DNA of 39,813 nucleotides from Eubacteriales bacterium (GCA_045578005.1 JAZNJK010000092.1:1-39813); one strand, 5' to 3'; positions 17,846 to 25,981 are shown, counted from the first letter of the stretch. A program made the numbers and translations. The notes: generated from the letters alone by a model not told the origin.

Positions 17846-18586
17846 TTAAAGTTCTTCAGCGGTTGTTTGGAGTCTTGAAGAGAGAACATCGAGATTTCCA
17901 TTTCTCATACGGATTTCATCAATAAATTCTTTTTCAAGTTTTTCATCCTTTAAAGTAACCGAATATGTAAGACGGAACATAGTTCCAAGATTTCTTAATT
18001 TTACTTTGGTCAATACTGCATCGGTTGTATATTTCTTGAATAAATCATCAAAGAGAGTAGTGTAATCGAGGTTTTCAGGAATTGTGATTTTAAGAGATCT
18101 TCTCTTATCGTTAATAACACCGAATTTTGTAAGAGAGAAGATAAAGTTAAGACCTTCAACAACTACCACAAGAATAACTGCAATTCCGACAAATCCAAGA
18201 CCGAGTGTAAGACCAATTGCCATTGCGAGGAAAATGTGTGTTATTTCCTTAGCAGTTCCTTGTGCGGAACGGAATCTTGTAAGAGCGAATACACCACCAA
18301 CAGCAACGCCGGCACCGATGTTTCCGTTTACAAGCATAATGAGAACTGCAACGATAGCGGGGAGAAGTGCGATTGAAACTACGAGGTTTTTGGAAAATTC
18401 ACTTTTGAACATGTAGCAAAAAGCAACTGCCAATCCGAGAATAACCGCGACTGCGATACAAATCCAAAAATCGCTAACCTCTATTGTGGCATTTTTAAGT
18501 CCTGTATATGCGTCGTATCCTGGGTTGATTCCAACAGGATTTTCCACAGAGGAATTGTAAAAGATACTTTGTAGAAATTTTGTCAT
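17846..18586 (-). CDS. DUF4956-like membrane protein (about 4 TM helices plus a C-terminal soluble domain)
   Basis: 246 aa. Hydrophobic helices with the inter-helix motif ALTRFRSAQGTAKEI. Soluble C-terminal region of about 90 aa. The start overlaps the upstream stop (ATGA). Confidence 0.65.
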   Translation of the reverse strand: MTKFLQSIFYNSSVENPVGINPGYDAYTGLKNATIEVSDFWICIAVAVILGLAVAFCYMFKSEFSKNLVVSIALLPAIVAVLIMLVNGNIGAGVAVGGVFALTRFRSAQGTAKEITHIFLAMAIGLTLGLGFVGIAVILVVVVEGLNFIFSLTKFGVINDKRRSLKITIPENLDYTTLFDDLFKKYTTDAVLTKVKLRNLGTMFRLTYSVTLKDEKLEKEFIDEIRMRNGNLDVLSSRLQTTAEEL

Positions 18587-19302
18587 TTTATGTAACTCCT
18601 ATTTTTCGTAATCATTCGTGTAAATGCTGTTCCAACCTTGGAAAAAGATCTTGTATAAATCTTTAATTCGGAAAGAACACTAACAAGCCATAAAGGAAGA
18701 GCAGTAGGGACTTTTACTTCCATAAGAACATGCTTATCGGGAAGAAGTTGTTCCCCGTATGAACCTTTTGTTAAATCTAAATCGTAATTTCTCCAAGTCA
18801 AATTTCTATCGAATGTTATACGAAAATCACGATCTTCCTTGCAAAAAAACGCGCTTCTATCATATGAAATGTAGATGCGAGGTGCAAGTCTGTTTTGATA
18901 AAATCTTATGAAATATTTGAATTCCTTTGAGATTTGAGTTGGTTCATCAACATCGATTTCATCGGCTAAAAATTTCAAAGATTTTTCAAGTGGCATAGTT
19001 ATTCGCCGTTTATATACGGTGCCGTCATATTTTTTCTTAACTTCAACAAAACCCAAGGCATCATCGGTAGGAATACCATAAGTTCTAAGTCTTAATTTTT
19101 CCTTATATACCGGTTTTTCGATAGATCGGGTGATGAGCAAATAATCGGGGGTGTCGTAATAGAGATTACAAATTGTCGTTTCGCCATATTCGTCAGGGTC
19201 AAAACGCTTGTCAATCTCTTCCTTGATGCGAAGGAATTGCTCTTCGGTTAATAAAAACTTTTTTTCAAGTCTATTAAATGTTAACTTTGTGCCCAAAGCC
19301 AT
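18583..19302 (-). CDS. VTC-domain (CYTH-like triphosphate tunnel) protein, annotated in databases as a polyphosphate polymerase domain protein
   Basis: Alternating charged beta-strand pattern RLEKKF, KLRLRTY, VEVKKKY, YKRRIT, YISYDRS, FRITFDRN, LMEVKV. The start is ambiguous: ATG 19314, ATG 19302 or TTG 19296. Confidence 0.7.
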   Translation of the reverse strand: MALGTKLTFNRLEKKFLLTEEQFLRIKEEIDKRFDPDEYGETTICNLYYDTPDYLLITRSIEKPVYKEKLRLRTYGIPTDDALGFVEVKKKYDGTVYKRRITMPLEKSLKFLADEIDVDEPTQISKEFKYFIRFYQNRLAPRIYISYDRSAFFCKEDRDFRITFDRNLTWRNYDLDLTKGSYGEQLLPDKHVLMEVKVPTALPLWLVSVLSELKIYTRSFSKVGTAFTRMITKNRSYIK

Positions 19303-19322
19303 TCCCCCTTTCATACATAGAC

Positions 19323-19351
19323 ATTTTATCACATAATATACATTTTGTCAA
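19323..19351 (-). promoter_or_regulatory. Near-consensus sigma-A promoter of the VTC/DUF4956 operon
   Basis: Minus strand: TTGACA (19351-19346), 17-nt spacer, TAAAAT (19328-19323) preceded by TGa. Confidence 0.65.
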
Positions 19352-19497
19352 TGAAAAAGAGTTCGAATTTGTTAAAATATTATAAAATATTGATATTTAA
19401 GCCGATTTTTATGTATCAAAGATACAAATTAAGGGGATTTTGAATATAAAAATCGCGCAAGATGTGAAAATTGGTTTTTGCTATTCTATCAAAAATA

Positions 19498-19526
19498 TTG
19501 AAAAATTAACTTTTTTGTGGTAAAAT
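19498..19526 (+). promoter_or_regulatory. Sigma-A type promoter of the DUF2974 gene
   Basis: TTGAAA (19498-19503), 17-nt spacer, TAAAAT (19521-19526) preceded by TGg. Confidence 0.55.
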
Positions 19527-19561
19527 AGATTTAAAGACAGTATATGGAAGGAGGCGGATGT

Positions 19562-20728
19562 ATGCAAGGAATGATAGAGTATTTAAAATGGAGAGGCGAT
19601 TTGTCTTTTGATAAAGCACCGCAAAATGAAATAGACGCATTAATTTTATCCGAAATTTCATATATTCCGTTTGAAAATGTTGTTCCTTCATTGTCAGAAA
19701 ACAAAATAGTTACTTTGTCTGAGGCTTGTGACACTTTTTTTAAACTTCACGGAGAAGATTTTTCGCTCGGTGCTATTTTGCCTAAGGAAATTTTAATTCT
19801 TTTTAAGGAATGTGCAAAAAGCAAACGATTTTCGCAAGTTGAACTTTGGGGATATGTTAGCGAAATATCATTAGAGAGCGAAAAACAGTTTTCTGCTATT
19901 TCCGTATCGTGTGGTGACAAAATTACATATGTAGTTTACCGTGGAACTGACGATACATTAGTAGGGTGGAAAGAAGATTTAAATATGGCGCTTTTTACAC
20001 CTATTCCATCTCAAACGCGTGGAGTTGAATATCTTGATGAAATTGCGAGAAAAACGAAGGACAAATTGATTGTTACAGGTCACTCCAAAGGCGGAAATAT
20101 TGCGGTATATTCGGCGCTTATGGCTAAGGAAAAAGTGCAAAAAAGAATACAGAGTGTTTACAGTCTTGACGGTCCTGGGTTTAGAGAGGATTTTGTAAAT
20201 TCAGTAAAAGACCGCAAGATTACGAAACAAATCATAACGATTTTGCCTACAAAGTCTGTTGTTGGAAGAATTTTTGACATTATTGGTGACCATAAGATAG
20301 TAAAGAGCATTGATAAGGGGCTACAACAACACAATGCTTTTACATGGGAAATTTTGGGTGCAAATTTTGTGTTTGCGGATCATTTTGAAAAACCGAGCGA
20401 TAATTTTCACGAACTCTTGAAACTTTGGGTTGCAAAAATGACACAGGAGCAACGGCACGAGTTTATTGAGTCGTTTTATAAGATTGCAACATCAAACGAT
20501 GCTACAACGCTCACCGATATAACCAATCAAAAGATGAAATTTATTATAGGGCTTATAAAATCCGAGGGGAGCAGCAAAAAAGCGATTTTTGATGCTGTGT
20601 TTACACTTATAAAAGAAAAAAATGCTTTCAGTAGTGCCGAGAAAAAGGCAAACAAGGAAAAGAAAATTGCTAAGAAAATAGAAAATAAAAAAGAGAAGCA
20701 GGCTGTGAAAAAGAAGCCTACCGAATAA
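19562..20728 (+). CDS. DUF2974 / Mbeg1-like alpha/beta-hydrolase-fold (lipase-like) protein with a Lys-rich C-terminal tail
   Basis: ATG at 19562 with GGAGG 7 nt upstream. The N-terminus MIEYLKWRGDLSF...EISYIPFE is as I recall for Mbeg1-like proteins. Nucleophile elbow GHSKGG. Tail EKKANKEKKIAKKIENKKEKQAVKKK. Confidence 0.65.
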   Translation: MQGMIEYLKWRGDLSFDKAPQNEIDALILSEISYIPFENVVPSLSENKIVTLSEACDTFFKLHGEDFSLGAILPKEILILFKECAKSKRFSQVELWGYVSEISLESEKQFSAISVSCGDKITYVVYRGTDDTLVGWKEDLNMALFTPIPSQTRGVEYLDEIARKTKDKLIVTGHSKGGNIAVYSALMAKEKVQKRIQSVYSLDGPGFREDFVNSVKDRKITKQIITILPTKSVVGRIFDIIGDHKIVKSIDKGLQQHNAFTWEILGANFVFADHFEKPSDNFHELLKLWVAKMTQEQRHEFIESFYKIATSNDATTLTDITNQKMKFIIGLIKSEGSSKKAIFDAVFTLIKEKNAFSSAEKKANKEKKIAKKIENKKEKQAVKKKPTE

Positions 20729-20736
20729 TGTAAAGT

Positions 20737-20767
20737 AAAAAGAGTACGATGGAAGTCGTACTCTTTT
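20737..20767 (+). terminator. Terminator after the DUF2974 gene
   Basis: AAAAGAGTACGA-tggaag-TCGTACTCTTTT. Confidence 0.8.
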
Positions 20768-20795
20768 ATCGGTTGGAATAGGTTGCCACAAACGG

Positions 20796-22028
20796 TCATT
20801 TAAAAATGCATACATTCATAACAGCTTTATACCCTAAATCGGTAGAATTGAAGCTTCCGCTTCTATTTTCATTGGGGGTGAAAGGGGTTTGGGTATCATC
20901 AACAGGCAGAGCTCCTCGTTCGAGCGCGGAATTTGTTACAAATTTGAAAGCATATTGATATAGTTCTTCGTTTTCATATTCGGGTAAAAAGGATGTTATT
21001 ATACAATTATTGATTGTAAATCCATGCGCACTTTGCAATCCACCGTCGCTAATTCCAATCAACGAATTATTTTTGAATATGCCAAACATAAATACGGAAT
21101 GCTCTGTGTTGCCCATGACATCTCTTTGGTATAATTCGTTTTCTAAATATTTCAGGCGTGGTGACTGATTTTTGTCCGCGGGATGCTTCTGAAAAAAGAA
21201 TTTTTTGACAGTCGAAAAATCTTCGTATTTAATTAGACGCATTGAGATACCTTCAAGAAAAGGAAGGGTGTACGAGTCAGCTGTGTATATATTGATTTGA
21301 CGACGAAAGATGCCGTTAACGAGTACACCTCGTTTTTTTAGCTCGTCCATTATGATTTGATCGGGCTCTGATGTTAATAAGACCATATCAAAGCGTTGAT
21401 CGGAGAATGTTTTCTTATACTCAGCTATTTTGTCCCAGTCATTGCAAATAATATCTCCCTCAAAGCGATTATCCCACTCCGAAAACCAAACAAAGCCGTT
21501 TTTGAAGCTTTCTCCGTCGTATAGAGCGACTCCGCCGTTGATACGGAAGCAAATTGCGGTATATCCGTAGCGAAGAGGATCGGTTTCTAACAAATAGTCA
21601 ATTATTTCATCGCTATCTGCAATTTTAAAGCTTTTGAATTCATGTAAAAGCCGTGCGCCGATTGTATCGTTATGAAAATCGCCGTAATGCAATTCTGTTT
21701 TTTTGTTTCTTTCTCTGTATTCGCTCGGGGAGATGCCGTATTGATTTTTAAATGCTCTTGAGAAGCTTTCATGCGCCTCATAACCGCATTCCAAGGCAAT
21801 GTCAAGAATGCTATTGCTTGTTAATCTTAGAAGCTGTGCTGCATTTTTTAAACGGCTGAAGCGGACATATTCCATAATGTTAAATCCAGTATGCGCAAAG
21901 AAAACACGATTGAAATAATCGGTAGAAAATCCTGCATGAGAGGCTATATCATCAATCGTAATGTCGTTTTTTGCACTTTCAGCTTGTATATAATTTAGTG
22001 CCTTTGTAATAAGCTCGCTATTTTCCAT
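20796..22028 (-). CDS. AraC-family transcriptional regulator with an N-terminal HTH and a C-terminal region of about 300 aa of unknown type
   Basis: ATG at 22028 with GGAGGG 9 nt upstream. Two HTH units: ITIDDIASHAGFSTDYFNRVF and ILDIALECGYEAHESFSRAFKNQYGISPSEYR. Confidence 0.8.
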   Translation of the reverse strand: MENSELITKALNYIQAESAKNDITIDDIASHAGFSTDYFNRVFFAHTGFNIMEYVRFSRLKNAAQLLRLTSNSILDIALECGYEAHESFSRAFKNQYGISPSEYRERNKKTELHYGDFHNDTIGARLLHEFKSFKIADSDEIIDYLLETDPLRYGYTAICFRINGGVALYDGESFKNGFVWFSEWDNRFEGDIICNDWDKIAEYKKTFSDQRFDMVLLTSEPDQIIMDELKKRGVLVNGIFRRQINIYTADSYTLPFLEGISMRLIKYEDFSTVKKFFFQKHPADKNQSPRLKYLENELYQRDVMGNTEHSVFMFGIFKNNSLIGISDGGLQSAHGFTINNCIITSFLPEYENEELYQYAFKFVTNSALERGALPVDDTQTPFTPNENRSGSFNSTDLGYKAVMNVCIFK

Positions 22029-22129
22029 ATAAATAGCCCTCCAATTTTTAGTTTCAAACATTCAGCTGTATATTTGTAATGCCATTATATCATGTTGATA
22101 TGAATTTGTCTTGACAGAAAACGCTGAAT

Positions 22130-22162
22130 TTAGAAGGCATACCTATGAGGTTTAGGTATGCC
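22130..22162 (-). terminator. Probable terminator after the TIM-barrel gene
   Basis: GGCATACCTA-7 nt-TAGGTATGCC. On the minus strand it is followed by a moderately U-rich stretch. Confidence 0.55.
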
Positions 22163-22178
22163 AAAAATTATGTTTTTA

Positions 22179-22997
22179 CTAAAGGTTGTTTTTTATATAA
22201 GCTAATGATTTTTTGAGCTTTTCAAGATCTATTCCGTAAGGTTGCATAACGGGGGATTCGAGCGTTATGGTATTATCATAATTTTTTGTTTTTAATGATG
22301 AGAATATATAATCGAAGTCGATAACTCCCTCGCCTGGATGGAGAATAGGACGGATTTTTGAAAAGTCTCTCGGATAAGAAGAATAGTCGCTTATATGTAT
22401 GTGTTTTATATGATTCCAAACGATATTAGAAGTTAATATTGTTTTTATCTCATCGTGGAAAGCGCCAAATCTTGTGTCAAACGTAAAGTCGAGCGAAGGG
22501 AAAGTGGTGAGCATTTTGAGCCAATTTTGCAATCCTGAGTGAGTTGTGCAAGGTATATTTTCGATAAGCAGTGTTAAATTGTGAGATTTTGCAATATCGA
22601 TGAATTTATCAAGCGTAGAAATATTGTAATTAACATTAAAATCACTTTTTACACCGCCCCAAAGATGAAAAACCATTTTATCGCTACCAATTTTTTGTCC
22701 CGTTTCGCAATTTATTTTGAAAAGTTCAAGAGATTTGTTTGTCGAGTCGGTTGTGCAGTCGGAGAGAAGCACTCCTACATCTTTTTCACAGTGAATAATA
22801 GGCGCAGGAGCATGGCTTTGTATAACTGTTTTTGTTATTGCGTCCAAATGATCATAGTAGTAAGGAATCATCATAAATTCCATACCTGAAATTAGTCCAT
22901 CTTCAATTAGTTTTGGAATGTGATTTCCGATAAGTGAAAAATCGTAGTTACATATTCTTCCAACAAGAGCCCCCGTGGAGCAAAGCAGTTTTGGCAT
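22179..22997 (-). CDS. Xylose-isomerase-like TIM-barrel protein (sugar phosphate isomerase/epimerase family)
   Basis: ATG at 22997 with GAGGTG upstream. Pattern MVFHLWGG, LLIENIP, IKHIHISD, HPGEGVIDF and ITLES is typical of the AP_endonuc_2/xylose isomerase-like superfamily. Confidence 0.65.
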   Translation of the reverse strand: MPKLLCSTGALVGRICNYDFSLIGNHIPKLIEDGLISGMEFMMIPYYYDHLDAITKTVIQSHAPAPIIHCEKDVGVLLSDCTTDSTNKSLELFKINCETGQKIGSDKMVFHLWGGVKSDFNVNYNISTLDKFIDIAKSHNLTLLIENIPCTTHSGLQNWLKMLTTFPSLDFTFDTRFGAFHDEIKTILTSNIVWNHIKHIHISDYSSYPRDFSKIRPILHPGEGVIDFDYIFSSLKTKNYDNTITLESPVMQPYGIDLEKLKKSLAYIKNNL

Positions 22998-23137
22998 AAA
23001 ATCACCTCTTTTGATAGATTTTAACACAAGAAACAAAAGTTTTCAAGTCAAGAAACGGCTTTTTTTCAAAAAAGTCTTTTCAAGTCGCAACTTTTATGGT
23101 AATATATTTATATTAAATGAAATAAACGAGGGAAATA

Positions 23138-24742
23138 ATGCAAAATATAGAAATTAGTCTTATTTATCCAAATAGCGAAAAAATTATCGAGTTTGAAAAC
23201 GGTAAAGATCGCGTAAATATTTCAAATGAGGTTCTTGAACAACTTGAACTTGATTCTTTGATTGATTTGAAAAATAGTTTTCTTGGAGATTATTTTTCAA
23301 CCGATCCCGAAATCATCAAATATAGGCAACAGGTTTTTGCAGATTTGGTGGAGAATGAAGAACTTTGTGATGTTTTGTTGAAGGCTACTCCTATTTTATA
23401 CGATATTGCCGAAATAAGAAAGATGTCACAAGATACTGAGCCAAGTGAAGGGTATTTGTATAGCATAACCGAGATAGAATTGTATATTTCTGTCATGGAA
23501 CTTTTATCAAACGGTTTGTATTCAATGATTGATAACTTCAAGAGTGAAGCACTTGTTAATTTTGCGAAGGTTATAAAGGAACTCACTCAAAGTGAGTATT
23601 ATATCGATCTTAACCAAAAGATGAAGGAACTAACATCGCGCGTCAGAGAAGTAAAGAGCGTTACGATAGGTGTAAATCTTGACTCGAAACTTCGCCCTGA
23701 TGTTGCCGGAGTTTTAAGTGTTAACAATGAGAAGTTTAAGTCGGGAGAATTACTTGAAAAAATTCTTAGACTTGATTTCAAAAACGATGAATACACTTGT
23801 ATTGCTCCTCTTGTTCCTTTTAAAAAAGGACAAAGCGACAACCAACAAATCGCTTTAACGAATGCTTTTAATTATGCGCTAAACGATATTTTTAAATCTT
23901 CTATGAAATCGTGGAAGAAGGTTGTTCAAAACTATGTTCTTGAAAATGCCGATTTTCTAATTAAACTTTTGCCCGAAATAGAATTTATGGTTAAGGGAAC
24001 GGAATTTATAAAGGCATTAAAGGATACGGGAAATTCAATTTGTTTCCCAACTATTTTGCCAATGGAAGAGAAGAACTTTGACGCGAAGGGAATTTACAAT
24101 CCTGTTGTTGCAACTAAACTTAATACCAAAATGGTAGATAATGATTTCACATTTGATGACAACGGAAGATTTTTCGTTTTATCAGGACCAAACAGAGGTG
24201 GAAAATCGGTTATAACATGCGCGGTTGGACTAACATTCGCTCTTGCTCAACTTGGTTTGCCTGTTCCTGCTGAAAAAGCAAAGATTAGTCCTGTTGATGC
24301 GATATTTACTCATTTTCCAACTGGATCCGAGGATACCATTGATAAAGGTAGACTTGGTGAGGAATGTGCGCGATTGGACGATATTTTTGGAAAAGTTACC
24401 GAAAATAGTCTTGTGCTTCTTGATGAATCTTTATCATCGACTGGTTCGTTTGAGGGCGCATATATAGCATCTGAGGTGCTTTGCGGTTTTTCTATGGCTA
24501 AGTGCCGAGGAATTTTTTCAACGCATTTGCACGAACTTTCATCAATGATTAATGATATTAATCAAAAGTGCGTTTTGTCAGGTGGGACAAGTATCGACAC
24601 GCTTGTTGCTGGAATGGAAGAGGGACAAAGGAGTTTTAAAATCACACGCGCTAAACCTGACGGAAAAAGTTATGCAAAAGACATTGCCGATAAGTATGGA
24701 ATTTCGCTCGAACACATACTAAAAAAGATTAATCAAAAATAA
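23138..24742 (+). CDS. MutS-related ATPase (core/lever-like helical region plus MutS domain V; no mismatch-binding or nuclease domain)
   Basis: Walker A SGPNRGGKS, Walker B LVLLDESLSSTGSFEG, MutS-type FSTHLHEL. 534 aa. SD GAGGGA. Confidence 0.8.
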   Translation: MQNIEISLIYPNSEKIIEFENGKDRVNISNEVLEQLELDSLIDLKNSFLGDYFSTDPEIIKYRQQVFADLVENEELCDVLLKATPILYDIAEIRKMSQDTEPSEGYLYSITEIELYISVMELLSNGLYSMIDNFKSEALVNFAKVIKELTQSEYYIDLNQKMKELTSRVREVKSVTIGVNLDSKLRPDVAGVLSVNNEKFKSGELLEKILRLDFKNDEYTCIAPLVPFKKGQSDNQQIALTNAFNYALNDIFKSSMKSWKKVVQNYVLENADFLIKLLPEIEFMVKGTEFIKALKDTGNSICFPTILPMEEKNFDAKGIYNPVVATKLNTKMVDNDFTFDDNGRFFVLSGPNRGGKSVITCAVGLTFALAQLGLPVPAEKAKISPVDAIFTHFPTGSEDTIDKGRLGEECARLDDIFGKVTENSLVLLDESLSSTGSFEGAYIASEVLCGFSMAKCRGIFSTHLHELSSMINDINQKCVLSGGTSIDTLVAGMEEGQRSFKITRAKPDGKSYAKDIADKYGISLEHILKKINQK

Positions 24743-24776
24743 TTTAAAAAATAATTTAAAAAATTTAAAATTACTA

Positions 24777-24805
24777 TTGCAATTCTAAAAATACTGTGTT
24801 ATAAT
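24777..24805 (+). promoter_or_regulatory. Sigma-A type promoter of rpmB with an A/T-tract UP-like region upstream
   Basis: TTGCAA (24777-24782), 17-nt spacer, TATAAT (24800-24805) preceded by TGt. Phased A-tracts lie at 24740-24776. Confidence 0.6.
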
Positions 24806-24859
24806 ACTAAGCGTGAATTTTGGTAGTATACTTTTTTCTACTTAATGGAGGTGTAAAAA

Positions 24860-25048
24860 ATGGCTAAGTGTTCTATCTGCGGAAAAGGCGTTACATTCGG
24901 ACACAATGTATCTCACTCAAACCGTAAAACTAACAGAGCTTGGAAACCAAACATCAGAAGAGTAAAGGCTGTTGTAGACGGCTCCAACAAAACTGTAAAT
25001 GTATGCTCTCGTTGCCTTCGTGCTGGCAAGGTTGTTCGTGCAATCTAA
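24860..25048 (+). CDS. rpmB: 50S ribosomal protein L28
   Basis: 62 aa. MAKCSICGKG...GHNVSHSNRKTNRAWKPN...CSRCLRAGKV. SD GGAGGTG. Confidence 0.95.
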   Translation: MAKCSICGKGVTFGHNVSHSNRKTNRAWKPNIRRVKAVVDGSNKTVNVCSRCLRAGKVVRAI

Positions 25049-25065
25049 GTTTTTGAATGTTGAAT

Positions 25066-25093
25066 AAAAAGACCGTTTATGCGGTCTTTTTTT
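25066..25093 (+). terminator. Terminator after rpmB
   Basis: AAAAAGACCG-tttatg-CGGTCTTTTTTT. Confidence 0.85.
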
Positions 25094-25161
25094 CATACCT
25101 ATTTACTTGTGAGAAAAAATATGCTATAATATTTTAAAAAGTATTGAAAGGAGAACGAAAA

Positions 25162-25857
25162 ATGAAGATTTTTGTAAGTGAACTTATTTCCAATGAAGTG
25201 GCTAAAAAAACAAACATACCCGTTCTTCCTTTAAAATCGTTTGAATTGCTCGATTCTCCTGTGTCTACTCATGCGGATATGCTTATTTTTGTTATTGATA
25301 AGAAAATATTTTGTTATGAAGATTATTATTTGAATAATAAGAAGATTTTTGATGATGCCGAAAGTGAAGGATACGAAATCGAAAGGCTAAATATAAATTG
25401 TGAAAAGAATTATCCTAACGATGTATCACTTAATATCCTTAAAATAGGAAAAACTTTATTTGCAAACTTTAAACACGCATCAAAAGAAGTTTTGAAGTAT
25501 GCAATAGAGAATGGATATGATGTTGTCAATGTAAAACAGGGATATTCCGCATGCTCAACTCTTGTCATTGATGACAACACAGCCATAACCGCCGACAAGG
25601 GAATTTATGAGGCTATAAAGTCGGTTGGCAAAGACGCGACTCTTATTTCGCCAGATGGAGTAGGGATTGAAAAATATGATTACGGCTTTATCGGTGGTGC
25701 GGGATTTGTGTTAGATGGGGCGGTTTGGTTTTTTGGAGATATTCAAAAACATGCTGATTTTGGTAAAATATCTCAAAAAATTGATGAGTTGAAAATGAAA
25801 ATTTTCACCATTAGAGACGGATATGTGTTTGATTTTGGGGGTGCAAAGGTGATTTGA
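25162..25857 (+). CDS. Conserved hypothetical cytoplasmic protein
   Basis: ATG at 25162 with AAAGGAG 8 nt upstream. 231 aa, no TM or signal. Motifs STHADMLIF, YPNDVSLN, QGYSACST and YGFIGGAG. I vaguely recall Clostridial DUF proteins like this but cannot name the family with confidence. Confidence 0.5.
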   Translation: MKIFVSELISNEVAKKTNIPVLPLKSFELLDSPVSTHADMLIFVIDKKIFCYEDYYLNNKKIFDDAESEGYEIERLNINCEKNYPNDVSLNILKIGKTLFANFKHASKEVLKYAIENGYDVVNVKQGYSACSTLVIDDNTAITADKGIYEAIKSVGKDATLISPDGVGIEKYDYGFIGGAGFVLDGAVWFFGDIQKHADFGKISQKIDELKMKIFTIRDGYVFDFGGAKVI

Positions 25858-25952
25858 ACCCCTTTTTTAACGCTTTTTCAACTTCAAAATTGAAAAATCT
25901 TGCCTAAAAGGTCAAAAAAACGCGATTTTTTTAAAAAATATTTTAAAAAATG

Positions 25953-25981
25953 TTGGCAAAAACAATTACATGTGTTATAAT
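25953..25981 (+). promoter_or_regulatory. Sigma-A type promoter upstream of cdaA
   Basis: TTGGCA (25953-25958), 17-nt spacer, TATAAT (25976-25981) preceded by TGt. Confidence 0.6.

Noticed and set aside
19352-19444. 30-codon ORF (MKKSSNLLKYYKILIFKPIFMYQRYKLRGF) in the VTC/DUF2974 divergent intergenic region. A second 27-codon TTG ORF lies at about 19440-19523.
   Set aside because: The first has no usable SD and its ATG abuts the -35 of the VTC promoter. The second has an SD-like AAGGGGA only 2-3 nt from the TTG and runs through the DUF2974 promoter. Both have low-complexity AT-driven sequence.
24740-24776. AT-rich near-tandem repeat AATAATTTAAAAA / ATAATTTAAAAAA / TTTAAAA.
   Set aside because: It is too short and degenerate for a repeat element or CRISPR. 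Its position just upstream of the rpmB -35 fits an UP-element-like A-tract region.
25841-25870. Possible terminator GGGG...CCCC followed by TTTTTT at the end of the 25162-25857 gene.
   Set aside because: The stem is only about 4-5 bp with a long loop. That is too weak to call, so read-through toward cdaA remains possible.
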